Below, one piece after another: positions 9,656-20,927 of a DNA stretch of 62,022 nt. The DNA comes from an uncultured Lentimicrobiaceae bacterium (GTDB lineage Bacteria > Bacteroidota > Bacteroidia > Bacteroidales > DASVHX01), in the NCBI GenBank assembly GCA_964511085.1, contig CAZEDO010000002.1, positions 7,945 to 69,966 of the forward strand. The letters are read 5' to 3'. The translations under genes were made by a program, and so were the position numbers. The notes beneath the pieces were generated by a model, which saw only the letters and a list, made by a program, of their open reading frames with translations, searched no databases and was not told where the DNA came from. The first letter of the stretch is position 1, and each line of letters begins with the position of its first letter.

Positions 9656-10162
9656 CTACTTCAACTTTTTGAATTTTGAAAAGTCTTTCTTCAAAATCAA
9701 ATTGTTAATATCTCCAACAATGTCTTGAAATGAGTTCCTGCTACCACAATCATACATTATAGTAAGAGGGTCTGCATCAATTATTAGTTCCTGCAATTCA
9801 ATAACGGCAGGAGTTGATTTTAATGCAGCATACTGCTCGTAGGATAGATTTATAAAGGCTACTTCTGCTGAAATACCACGATTATCCAAAAGGAACCCAC
9901 CTTCGAGCTTAGTTGGTATTGCCAATTTTCCACCAGTGTAAACATCAGTAATTGCCGGATATGAGGTAATTGTTTTCCTGTCGGCCGACAAACCAACCGG
10001 TACATTTAGAAAATAATCTGCTTTTGTTTTATATATTATGATCCTGGGGCCGGTCACTTTTTGAGTTTTTGTTGCCATCTGCTGGCTTTTTTTCGCCAGA
10101 TGGCATCCTCCAAACACTACCACACATGCCGCTATCAGCATGAAAAATAACTTTTTGAACAT
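9656..10162 (-). CDS. Hypothetical lipoprotein
   Basis: Signal peptide ending in FGGC; ordered globular ORF. Confidence 0.7.
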   Translation of the reverse strand: MFKKLFFMLIAACVVVFGGCHLAKKSQQMATKTQKVTGPRIIIYKTKADYFLNVPVGLSADRKTITSYPAITDVYTGGKLAIPTKLEGGFLLDNRGISAEVAFINLSYEQYAALKSTPAVIELQELIIDADPLTIMYDCGSRNSFQDIVGDINNLILKKDFSKFKKLK

Positions 10163-10356
10163 ACATTAATAGATTATTACCAGACTTTTGTGCATACTTT
10201 AACTTTGCCATATGCCAAGTAAAAGTAGTCAATCATTACTAAGAATAGCTGAAAAAAATATCAACACATGATTTGTTAACAAGATATTCACTTATGGTAC
10301 GACTTTTGCTAAGTTAAAAAATGTTAATGCATTTATGAGCAGCTAAATAAAAATCG

Positions 10357-10364
10357 TAATTTTG
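10357..10364 (+). promoter_or_regulatory. Bacteroidetes -7 promoter element
   Basis: TAATTTTG (TAnnTTTG consensus) ~50 bp upstream of the DUF1573 gene. Confidence 0.55.
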
Positions 10365-10414
10365 CGCCATGCATTTACAGCTAACCTAAAATTTAACTTA
10401 AAAGAAAACTAAAA

Positions 10415-10915
10415 ATGAAAAGAGTAATCCTGACGTTGAGTGTTGTTTTGTTTGCCATGGTGGCAATGAAGGCTCAAACTACAGCTCAACCAGCTGCAAG
10501 TCAACCGGCTGTAGCTCAACCTGCAGTAGTTGTAAACCCGAATGCCCCTGTGATTACTTTCAGTAAGATTGTACACGATTACGGTACAATCTACAAAGGT
10601 GGTGATGGAAACTGCGAATTTGAATTTAAAAACACTGGAATTGAACCTTTGATCCTTGCAAATTGCCAGGCTTCATGTGGTTGTACAATTCCTGATTGGC
10701 CTAAAGAACCAATTCTGAAAGGGAAAAGTGCTGTAGTAAAAGTTAAATATGCTACTGAACGTCTTGGCCCTATTAACAAAACTATTACTGTTACTTCGAA
10801 TGCGAGTAACTCACCTATTGTCCTCAAGATAATTGGTACAGTTATTGAAAAAACGGAAGGTACAGTGGTTCCTGAAAAGAACCTCAACGCTGCTCAATCT
10901 CCTGTTTCAAAGTAG
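10415..10915 (+). CDS. DUF1573 domain periplasmic protein
   Basis: Signal peptide; HDYGTI, FEFKNTG..PL.L....ASCGCT.P.W.KEPI. Confidence 0.9.
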   Translation: MKRVILTLSVVLFAMVAMKAQTTAQPAASQPAVAQPAVVVNPNAPVITFSKIVHDYGTIYKGGDGNCEFEFKNTGIEPLILANCQASCGCTIPDWPKEPILKGKSAVVKVKYATERLGPINKTITVTSNASNSPIVLKIIGTVIEKTEGTVVPEKNLNAAQSPVSK

Positions 10916-10933
10916 AATTAAAAAATTTACCTG

Positions 10934-10974
10934 AAAATCCCGGTCGAATTATCGTCCGGGATTTTTTATTTTTA
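10934..10974 (+). terminator. Rho-independent terminator
   Basis: aaaatcccgg...ccgggatttttt. Confidence 0.8.
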
Positions 10975-11140
10975 TTCTGAATACTGGTGTGTTTAACTTT
11001 GGTGAGCTCCTCGGTATTGCTAAACCGTTTAGATTCAGTAATACTGAGCGGTGGGATTGCATTTTTCGCAAACCGAAGCAGCCGGAGTATAAATGAAAAT
11101 TATCAATATATATAATCAGGCCTCAGTATCTATTTTTCAC

Positions 11141-11148
11141 TAATTTTG
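11141..11148 (+). promoter_or_regulatory. Bacteroidetes -7 promoter element
   Basis: TAATTTTG ~40 bp upstream of the aminotransferase ATG. Confidence 0.55.
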
Positions 11149-11189
11149 CCACGTTAATCAGCAAATTTCATTATTCAAATTCAACTTTT

Positions 11190-12434
11190 ATGCCAACGAT
11201 TTCCGAAAGAGGAACCCTCATGCCAGCCTCCCCTATCCGCAAACTTGTACCTTATGCTGAAGCAGCTAAAAAGCGCGGAATAAAAGTATATCACCTCAAC
11301 ATCGGTCAGCCGGATATTAAAACTCCGGAAGTAGCATTGCAAGCCATCCGGAATTTCAGTGATAAAACGGTTGCCTACAGCCATTCAGCTGGCAACGAGT
11401 CTTACCGAAAAGGACTCGCTAAATATTACAACGGAATAGGTATCAATGTTGATCACGAAGAAATCATTATTACAACCGGTGGTTCCGAAGCTATTTCATT
11501 TGCCCTGCTTTGCTGCATGAATCCTGGCGACGAAGTTATTATCCCCGAACCGTTTTACACCAATTACAATGGTTTTGCCCAGGCCGCAGGTGTTGTGGTG
11601 AAACCCATAACTTCATACATTCAGGATGGCTTCTCTCTTCCTGCAATGTCGGAATTTAAAAAAGCTATTACGCCGCGTACCAAAGCAATCATGATCTGCA
11701 ATCCAAACAATCCAACCGGCTGTCTTTATTCACGCGAGGAGTTGGAACAGCTGCGCGCAATTGTTTTAGAACATGATCTCTATCTTTTTGCCGACGAAGT
11801 TTATCGGGAGTTTTGTTACGATGGCATCAAACATTCTTCAGTGATGCACCTCCCAGGGCTTGAAAACAATGTTATCCTTATTGATTCGGTTTCAAAACGT
11901 TACAGCGAATGCGGTGTGCGCATCGGTGCAATGGTCACAAAAAACAAAAGCGTGATTGCTACGGCACTCAAATATGCCCAGGCCCGTCTCAGTCCACCTT
12001 CTCTCGGGCAGGTAGCCGGGGAAGCCTCGCTTGACACTCCTGCCAGCTATTTTAAGGAAGTTTATGATGAATATATTGCACGGCGTAATTACGTTATTGA
12101 AGCGCTAAATAAAATTGAAGGCGTATATGCTCCAATGCCAAAGGGTGCTTTTTATTCTATGATAAGCCTGCCGGTGGAAGATGCTGATGATTTCTGCCAG
12201 TGGCTGCTCGAGTCTTTCAATTACAATGGTGAAACAGTAATGTTAGCACCAGCTTCAGGCTTCTATGCTACGCCAGGGCTTGGGCGCAATGAAGCACGCA
12301 TAGCCTATGTTCTCAAAATTGACGATCTGAAAGGTGCTGTAAAATGCCTTGAGGAAGCACTAAAAGTATATCCTGGCAGGATCAAACCTACTGAATCAGA
12401 AGCGGAAACCTTAGAAAATCTTAGGGTACATTGA
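11190..12434 (+). CDS. PLP-dependent class I/II aminotransferase (aspartate aminotransferase-like)
   Basis: LNIGQPD, CNPNNPTG, ADEVY, DSVSKRYSECGVRIG (PLP lysine). Confidence 0.93.
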   Translation: MPTISERGTLMPASPIRKLVPYAEAAKKRGIKVYHLNIGQPDIKTPEVALQAIRNFSDKTVAYSHSAGNESYRKGLAKYYNGIGINVDHEEIIITTGGSEAISFALLCCMNPGDEVIIPEPFYTNYNGFAQAAGVVVKPITSYIQDGFSLPAMSEFKKAITPRTKAIMICNPNNPTGCLYSREELEQLRAIVLEHDLYLFADEVYREFCYDGIKHSSVMHLPGLENNVILIDSVSKRYSECGVRIGAMVTKNKSVIATALKYAQARLSPPSLGQVAGEASLDTPASYFKEVYDEYIARRNYVIEALNKIEGVYAPMPKGAFYSMISLPVEDADDFCQWLLESFNYNGETVMLAPASGFYATPGLGRNEARIAYVLKIDDLKGAVKCLEEALKVYPGRIKPTESEAETLENLRVH

Positions 12435-14864
12435 TGGGTTAACATCGTGCATAAGTTTATAAACGGCTTCAAAAACATCTTCAGCATTCGGATTTGAAAA
12501 ATAATCACCGTCAGTGCCATAAGCTGCACGATGCGCCTGAGCGGTAACAGTCCTTGGTTCGCAATCAAGGTAATAATATCCTTTCTGCTCCTCTAAAACT
12601 TTCTGCATCATATAGGCCGTTGCTCCGCCAGGAACATCTTCATCAAAGAAGACAATTTTATTGGTCTTTTTCAACGATTCAAGGATTTGATGATTCACAT
12701 CGAAGGGCTCCAGCGATTGCACATCAATGAGTTCGGCTGAAATGGCAAAATCGCGTAATTGTAAAACAGCATCCTGGGCTATCCTCACACACGAGCCATA
12801 GGTGACGATTGTAATATCGCTTCCTTTTTCAATTATTTCAGGAATGCCAACGGGAACAAGGAATTCACCAATGTTATCAGGCATTTTTTCTTTAAGCCGG
12901 TAAGCGTTTAGTGGCTCAATTATCAGAGCGGGCTCATCTGAGAGCAACATTGTATTGTAGAATCCAGCTGCGCGTGTCATATCACGAGGCACAAGCACAT
13001 GCACACCTCTCACCGAATTAATGACCATACTCAGCGGCGACCCCGAATGCCAGATACCTTCAAGCCGATGGCCTCGCGTTGTGATTATAAGCGGAGCTTT
13101 TTGTCCGCCCCTTGTGCGGTATTGCAATGTAGCAAGATCGTCGCTCATTACCTGCAATCCATAAAGCAGGTAATCGAAATACTGGATTTCTGCAACCGGA
13201 CGCAGGCCACGCATTGCCAATCCTACACCCTGCCCAATTATTGTTGCTTCACGAATGCCCGTATCAAAAATCCGGTTCTCACCGTATTTAGCCTGCAACC
13301 CTTCATAAGTCTGGTTTACTCCACCAATCTTGCCGACATCTTCTCCAAATATTACAACTTTACTATTTCGGGCAAGGATATGATCCCAGTTTTCGCGAAG
13401 AACTTCCCTGCCAGGCACCTCAGGCGAATCGGGTGAATAAACCGGTTTAATACCTCTTATGAGCGCTGCCGCTTCACCTGAAGCACTGTATAAGTGAGAA
13501 CTGTAGATCCGGCGACTCTCTGCCATCTCCTTATCCAGCCATGCAGTCACATTGATCTTAAGCGAATTTGCCGGGTTTGAGCATGAGTTACAGATAAGTC
13601 TGAGAATCTTTTTCGCTGATGACATGATATCCTTGCGGTTTGGCTCAGCAATTATCCTCAGGTCATGTTTAATATGATCTATTTTGGCTGTTTTTGCGCA
13701 ATTGCAGGTTGTTACATCGGCTAGTTTTAAGAAATCATCACGCTTTTGCAACAATGGTTTTATATAGTTTTCCCAGGCGGTACGTTTTGCCTTTTTCACA
13801 CGGTCAGCAGCATCGCCTTCAATTTTATCAAGTTCAGCCGCTCCGGCAATACCCGTTTTAATTATCCAATCGCGCATCCGGCTGATACAATCGAAGGATT
13901 TTTCCCATTCCAATCTTTCTGCAGATTTATAGCGTTCATGTGAACCCGATGTTGAATGACCGGAAGGTTGTGTCATCTCACTAACATGGAAAAGCACGGG
14001 AACATGTTGCTCACGGCAAAGAGCAATACCTTGCTTATAAATACGGCAAAGGTCTTCATAATCCCAGCCTTTTGCCTGAAAAATATGAAAACCGTCACCA
14101 TTTTCATCTTTCTCAAATCCTGCCATTATCGCTGATATGCTTTGCTTGGTAGTCTGAAGTTTATTTGGCACTGAAATCCCCCAGCCATCATCCCATACAG
14201 AAATAGCCATGGGGATCTGCAGAACGCCGGCAGCATTCATAGTTTCGAAGAAATGGCCCTCTGAAGTGCTTGCGTCGCCTATAGTTCCGAACGCAACTTC
14301 GTTTCCTTTACCCGATAAACTTGTGAGTGAATGTAACTCAGTATTCTCTTTAAAAAGTTTTGATGCCAGTGCCAGGCCTAATAATCGTGGCATCTGACCA
14401 GCAGTGGGCGAAATATCTGCAGAAGAGTTCTTCTGGCAGGCAATATTTTTCCATTCACCATCTTCATTGAGACTCCTTGTCGAAAAATGGTTATTCATCA
14501 AACGCCCGCCATTGCCCGGATTAAACTCAATATCGGTATCTCCGTAAATCTGGGCAAAAAATTCTTCGAGCGTGAACATTCCGGCTGCCAACATAAAAGT
14601 CTGATCACGGTAGTAACCCGAGCGCCAGTCTCCTTCGCGGAATACTTTGGCCATTGCGATCTGGGCAATTTCTTTTCCATCACCAAAGATGCCGAACTTC
14701 CCTTTTCCGGTTAGTACTTCCCGTCGTCCCAACTGGCTTGCATAACGGCTTTCGTTTGCTAACCGGTAATCATCAAGGATCTCCGCACGGTTATGATTGC
14801 TCTCGTAAACGCGTTTGTTTGTTTTAATTCCTTCATTGGCTACTTTAACTTGTCCTGACATCAC
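12411..14864 (-). CDS. 2-oxoacid (branched-chain-type) dehydrogenase E1, fused alpha/beta
   Basis: TPP motif GDASTSEG..WDD, GHSTSG; beta part GEDVG..GGV, DTGIRE, AEIQY.DY. Confidence 0.92.
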   Translation of the reverse strand: MMSGQVKVANEGIKTNKRVYESNHNRAEILDDYRLANESRYASQLGRREVLTGKGKFGIFGDGKEIAQIAMAKVFREGDWRSGYYRDQTFMLAAGMFTLEEFFAQIYGDTDIEFNPGNGGRLMNNHFSTRSLNEDGEWKNIACQKNSSADISPTAGQMPRLLGLALASKLFKENTELHSLTSLSGKGNEVAFGTIGDASTSEGHFFETMNAAGVLQIPMAISVWDDGWGISVPNKLQTTKQSISAIMAGFEKDENGDGFHIFQAKGWDYEDLCRIYKQGIALCREQHVPVLFHVSEMTQPSGHSTSGSHERYKSAERLEWEKSFDCISRMRDWIIKTGIAGAAELDKIEGDAADRVKKAKRTAWENYIKPLLQKRDDFLKLADVTTCNCAKTAKIDHIKHDLRIIAEPNRKDIMSSAKKILRLICNSCSNPANSLKINVTAWLDKEMAESRRIYSSHLYSASGEAAALIRGIKPVYSPDSPEVPGREVLRENWDHILARNSKVVIFGEDVGKIGGVNQTYEGLQAKYGENRIFDTGIREATIIGQGVGLAMRGLRPVAEIQYFDYLLYGLQVMSDDLATLQYRTRGGQKAPLIITTRGHRLEGIWHSGSPLSMVINSVRGVHVLVPRDMTRAAGFYNTMLLSDEPALIIEPLNAYRLKEKMPDNIGEFLVPVGIPEIIEKGSDITIVTYGSCVRIAQDAVLQLRDFAISAELIDVQSLEPFDVNHQILESLKKTNKIVFFDEDVPGGATAYMMQKVLEEQKGYYYLDCEPRTVTAQAHRAAYGTDGDYFSNPNAEDVFEAVYKLMHDVNPSMYPKIF

Positions 14865-14962
14865 TCTTTCATTTAATTCCTCACCTAAACAAATACTGAG
14901 AAATATGGTTCATATTCCATTTGTAGTTCACATTTCATATCACCCTATACGCTTTTGATTTC

Positions 14963-15535
14963 TCAATAATTTTCAGCCAGAATCTCGAAGTATGCCTGTG
15001 GATGCTCACAGCCCGGACAATTTTTTAGTGCACGTTCACTTTCGTAAATCAGACCGCACTTGCGACAAATCCATTTTACTTTTTTATCCCTACGGAACAC
15101 TATGCCGTTAATGATATTCTCAGCAAAAATGTTAAACCGGGTCGCGTAGAATAATTTTATCTGCCGGAAGAGTTTGAATTTGGTGGCAATTTGCTTGAAG
15201 CCTTCGTCCCAGGCTGTTTTCTCGAACTTCAAATACATCTCAGAAGCTTCATTATTCTCAAATGCAACTGATGCCTGCAGGTTATCAAGTGTTGTGCTTA
15301 TTGGCGGAATGGAAAACGGGGCGCTAACATCCCCTGAAATTCCCTCCAAAAAGCGGAATAATGTTTTGCAATGCGATTTCTTCTGTTCAGCAACTTCAAG
15401 AAAAATAGCAGCCATCTGCTCATAACCATCTTTCTTTGCTTGTTTCGCAAACCATGAATACTTTTGAATAGCTAGTGTTTCTGTTGCAAGGGCATGAATA
15501 AGGTTGCGCGCTGTAAACGATTCATTTAGATTCAT
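14963..15535 (-). CDS. Rubrerythrin-family protein with degenerate diiron site
   Basis: Rubrerythrin-like N-terminal domain (T..NL..A...E...KY..FA..A.KDGYEQ.A.IF) and rubredoxin tail CRKC..CPGCEHPQAYFE. Confidence 0.85.
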   Translation of the reverse strand: MNLNESFTARNLIHALATETLAIQKYSWFAKQAKKDGYEQMAAIFLEVAEQKKSHCKTLFRFLEGISGDVSAPFSIPPISTTLDNLQASVAFENNEASEMYLKFEKTAWDEGFKQIATKFKLFRQIKLFYATRFNIFAENIINGIVFRRDKKVKWICRKCGLIYESERALKNCPGCEHPQAYFEILAENY

Positions 15536-15645
15536 ACTATAATGCTTACTTATAAATAAATATGATTAAGCCCAAACAAGATGATGAAATGCTAAGGTAA
15601 TTCATTTTCTTCAAAACTTTGAATTAGCCGCAGAAACTCAAAGAA

Positions 15646-15765
15646 AACCACGGAGACACAGAGAACACGGAGAAGCACGGAGAAGCATATAAAAGCTCAT
15701 GATTGGGAAAAACTCATGGAAAATAAGCCTCCGTGAATCTCAGTGCTCTCCGTGTCTCCGTGGTT
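15646..15765. repeat. Inverted pair of CAC(G/A)GAG tandem micro-arrays
   Basis: aaccacggagacacagagaacacggag...ctccgtgaatctcagtgctctccgtgtctccgtggtt. Confidence 0.75.
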
Positions 15766-15800
15766 AGTTTTTATTATTTTTGAATGCAAATTCCTACCGA

Positions 15801-16334
15801 ATGAATGTATCGGAATTACTTCGCGAAATGCATTCCCGCCAGAACACCGATTTTATTGCCAAAATTATCCTGGAGCATCCTCCATTATTTAAAGAATTAT
15901 GGAAAATTTTTCTTGCTAACGAAGAACCCATTTCCAGGCGAGCCGCCTGGGTAGTGGATGTGATTACAGAGAAACGTCCGGAATGGATGACTGATTTGAT
16001 TGAAGAGCTAGTGGATACTATTCCTTCCTTCGTCCATGATGGCATGAAGCGTCATTCACTGCATATACTTTCCCGCTCTACACTCCCTGAAGACAAACTA
16101 GGCGAAATAGCCGGTTTTTGTTTTGATTGGCTCATGAAACCTGGCGAAGCTGTTGCAACCAAAATGTACAGTATGGAAATTCTTTACCGGATATCAGAAA
16201 TTGAGCCAGATCTGAAACATGAACTTGCTGATACCATTAGATTACAAATGATTGAAGGTACCCCTGGAATAAGGAGTTGTGGAAAAAGGGTGCTAGGAAA
16301 ACTCATGAAGGACGCAAGCAGCATCAGGCTTTGA
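15801..16334 (+). CDS. Hypothetical HEAT/ARM-repeat-like protein
   Basis: Helical ORF with RAAWV, CFDWL, VATKMYSM..L, EPDL..EL; ATG at 15801 (TTG at 15780 possible). Confidence 0.7.
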   Translation: MNVSELLREMHSRQNTDFIAKIILEHPPLFKELWKIFLANEEPISRRAAWVVDVITEKRPEWMTDLIEELVDTIPSFVHDGMKRHSLHILSRSTLPEDKLGEIAGFCFDWLMKPGEAVATKMYSMEILYRISEIEPDLKHELADTIRLQMIEGTPGIRSCGKRVLGKLMKDASSIRL

Positions 16335-16362
16335 AATCCTTTTTCAGTTCAATTAATAACCC

Positions 16363-18282
16363 CTACTTCCGTTTGGTTTGTTTCTGAGCCATCTCTTCGA
16401 GTCGCTTCTGGAACCCGGATTTAACGACTACTTTCTTTTTGTTTTCCTGTATTTGCCTGTGTAGTTTGTCCTCGTCAACAAAACGGCGGATAAAAAACAT
16501 CTGGGCAAAAGTGAGTAGGTTGGCAAGAAGGTAGTAATAACTGAGTCCGGAAGAATAACTGTTGAAGAACCCAAGGAACATGATGGGCATGAGGTACATC
16601 ATCGTTTTCATGCCGGGCATCTGGTTGCTGGAAGCCATCATATCGTTGTTCATCTTGGTATAGAGAATAGTTGAAATGGTCATAAGCAGGCAGAAAAGGC
16701 TTACGTGATCACCATAGAAAGGAATGGTGAATCCCAGGTTTAAAACCGAGTCATAACTTGAAAGGTCGTGTGCCCAGAGGAAAGGCTGCTGACGAAGCTC
16801 AATGGACGCCGGGAAAAACCTGAACATTGCAATAAGAATAGGGAATTGCAGCAACATCGGTACACAGCCTGACATTGGATTAGCTCCGGCTTTCTTATAA
16901 AGTGCCATAGTTGCTTGCTGCTTTTTCATGGCGTCATCCTTTTTAGGGAATTTTAGACCTATTTCGTCAACTTCAGGCTTTAAAAGGCGCATTTTGGCTG
17001 AAGAGAGGTAAGTTTTGTAAGCAATCGGCAATAAAACAATCTTTAGTAAAACCGTAAGAATAAGGATAATAATTCCATAATTAAGGTTGAACCCTTCCAA
17101 AAAGTTAAAGACAGGAAGAACAGCAAACCTGTTTATCCATGCCAGCAGGAAGAAACTCCAGCCCAAAGGGATCTGACGCTCCAGATTCATTCCATATTTC
17201 CTGAGTACTTTATATTTCAGGGGACCAGCAAACATTGACATGCTAATTGTCTGATCTTTTGATGGATCGAACGGAACAATGATTGAAGAATGCATTGTCT
17301 TGACTGCACGGCCAGTGTCAATTTTATTGTAAGTAATAGTCTCCATATCAGCACTACTGAAATTGGTGTTGGAAAACAATGTTACTCCAAAAAACTGTTG
17401 CTTATAGGAAATCCATTTTACAGGTGTCTTCATCGATTCCTTCAAATCCTTGGTCTCTGTAATGTTATTTACTTCGCCGGTATTATCCATGTAAAAAATG
17501 GTTGCCTGACTCTGCTCATTTTTCAGGTTCTTCTCCTGCCTGAGCAAGTTTAATTTCCAATCCAGGTTGAGGTCGCGGGTATTTTGTGCTATAATATTCT
17601 GCATTCCTACAAAATTGGCGGCAATACCCACCTTGAAGTTGTTTCCTGCTACTGTATATACAAATTCGATGTACTTATTGGGATCAGCTACAGAGTCACC
17701 GGAAGGGCAAAGGCGCATCCCAAATTGAAGTGAATCTTTACCTGTAACTGAATAACTTTCAGCTGTAGCGGGTTTCCCGTTAATAAAAGGCTGGAAATAG
17801 AGATCATTAGTGCTAATGAATTTGAGATCTTCCGTATTAAATTCCAGACCGAAACGTGAGGAATCACCATCAAATAATTTAAGAGGGAGCGAATCGAAAG
17901 TCTGGTAGCCATTTAGAATAATGGAATAAATTTTTCCACCTTTTGCCGTAAGCTTTATTGTCAACAAATCGCTTGATATAGTATAGAAAGCATCTTTCCC
18001 GGAAGCGGAAGATGAGAAATATCCGAGATTATTTTTATTGGCAATTTCCGACCTGACAGAGGTTGTGTCTTTGAGAGCCACTTTCTGAACAGTATCAGCA
18101 ATCTGCTTTGTTTGTGCAATTGAATTGGCTATAGCCAAAGAGTCAGCCTTCCTGACAACCATCAGGGAGTCAGCAGTCTTTTGCCGTTGTTTGAGTTCTT
18201 CTTTGGATGGAGCCATCCAGTAACTATAACCAATAAGCAGAACAAATATCAGCGCCATGCCGAAAATCGTATTTTTATTCAT
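16363..18282 (-). CDS. yidC: Membrane protein insertase YidC
   Basis: NYGIIILILTVLLK, QQATMALYKKAGANPMSGCVPMLLQFPI, FLWAHDLS. Confidence 0.97.
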   Translation of the reverse strand: MNKNTIFGMALIFVLLIGYSYWMAPSKEELKQRQKTADSLMVVRKADSLAIANSIAQTKQIADTVQKVALKDTTSVRSEIANKNNLGYFSSSASGKDAFYTISSDLLTIKLTAKGGKIYSIILNGYQTFDSLPLKLFDGDSSRFGLEFNTEDLKFISTNDLYFQPFINGKPATAESYSVTGKDSLQFGMRLCPSGDSVADPNKYIEFVYTVAGNNFKVGIAANFVGMQNIIAQNTRDLNLDWKLNLLRQEKNLKNEQSQATIFYMDNTGEVNNITETKDLKESMKTPVKWISYKQQFFGVTLFSNTNFSSADMETITYNKIDTGRAVKTMHSSIIVPFDPSKDQTISMSMFAGPLKYKVLRKYGMNLERQIPLGWSFFLLAWINRFAVLPVFNFLEGFNLNYGIIILILTVLLKIVLLPIAYKTYLSSAKMRLLKPEVDEIGLKFPKKDDAMKKQQATMALYKKAGANPMSGCVPMLLQFPILIAMFRFFPASIELRQQPFLWAHDLSSYDSVLNLGFTIPFYGDHVSLFCLLMTISTILYTKMNNDMMASSNQMPGMKTMMYLMPIMFLGFFNSYSSGLSYYYLLANLLTFAQMFFIRRFVDEDKLHRQIQENKKKVVVKSGFQKRLEEMAQKQTKRK

Positions 18283-18353
18283 TGATAGAATGCGGTTTAA
18301 TTTGCAAAAAAGTTAGCAAAGATACATTAATTGATGGAATTCGCAGGATCAGG

Positions 18354-19997
<1,644 letters not shown>

Positions 19998-20166
19998 TCA
20001 AGGTTCCTAAATCACCATGCAAAATAAAAGGTTTTCATTGGAATGGATTATTAGGCCGATAAGCCTCTATAAGGAAAGCAAAGGTACAATTCCAGCATTA
20101 CTTATAGCAGAAGCACTGAAAATAAATAGCCGGCGACGAAGAAATAAAATGGAGGTAGCAGGAATG

Positions 20167-20311
20167 AAATGAACTACCACGCCGCAGAGCAGCGGGGTGT
20201 CAGAATCCAAAATCCAGAAGAATTTTCAAATTCTGACTCCTGTATTCTGTATTCTACTTAGAAATAAAGTAAAAAAACGCAAAAAACTGCGGGATATTTA
20301 ACCCAAAGAAG
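20167..20311. mobile_element. Dispersed ~145-bp non-coding MITE-like element, copy 1
   Basis: Collinear similarity to 47826-47994: gccgcagagcagc, aaattctgact.ctgtattctg.attct, ctgcggg...acccaaagaa. Confidence 0.65.
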
Positions 20312-20330
20312 GATTGAAGGACAGAAGACC

Positions 20331-20702
20331 TCAGGCTACATTAACTCTTCTAAGGCTATTGAGTATTGTAGTATAAATTAACTCTTTATTATAAGGTTTT
20401 GGCAGAAAATTATTCATTCCGGCTTTATAACTCTGATCCTGAAAAATGTCTTCGCAGTATGCCGTCAGGGCTATTATAGGAATATCAATCTGATGGCTTC
20501 TAATAACTCGCGTAGCTTCATAACCATCCATTCTTGGCATGTCGATGTCCATTAAAATAACATCGTATCCTCCTTTGAGGCATTCCTCAACAGCTTTTAT
20601 CCCATCACCTACAATGCTGCAGGCCCAACCCATACGTTTAATGAGTATTTCGATCAACTTTTGATTCATGAGGTTATCCTCAGCAATAAGAACGTTTACC
20701 AT
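20331..20702 (-). CDS. Stand-alone response regulator receiver (CheY-like)
   Basis: LIAEDN, ILMDIDMPRMDG, IIALTA, LPKP. Confidence 0.92.
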   Translation of the reverse strand: MVNVLIAEDNLMNQKLIEILIKRMGWACSIVGDGIKAVEECLKGGYDVILMDIDMPRMDGYEATRVIRSHQIDIPIIALTAYCEDIFQDQSYKAGMNNFLPKPYNKELIYTTILNSLRRVNVA

Positions 20703-20927
20703 ACGACGATTAATATAGATACCTGAAAGACTTTAATTTTATTATTCCCAAGAGGCAATTTTGCTCATTGGGTAAATGTTTATCCAAAAATGTTGAAATG
20801 GTTATACAATTTTGAAAAAATATTTTTTAGCCTGGTTTAGCAAGCATCCAATTCTTATCCCAAATAACCGGAAAACGCGGATAAAGAAGAAGTGAAATAA
20901 AGGAAGGAAAATCCCGATAATGAGGAT

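Noticed and set aside
12411-12434. Convergent 3' gene overlaps (also 31400-31424)
   Set aside because: Short tail-to-tail overlaps are common and need no special explanation
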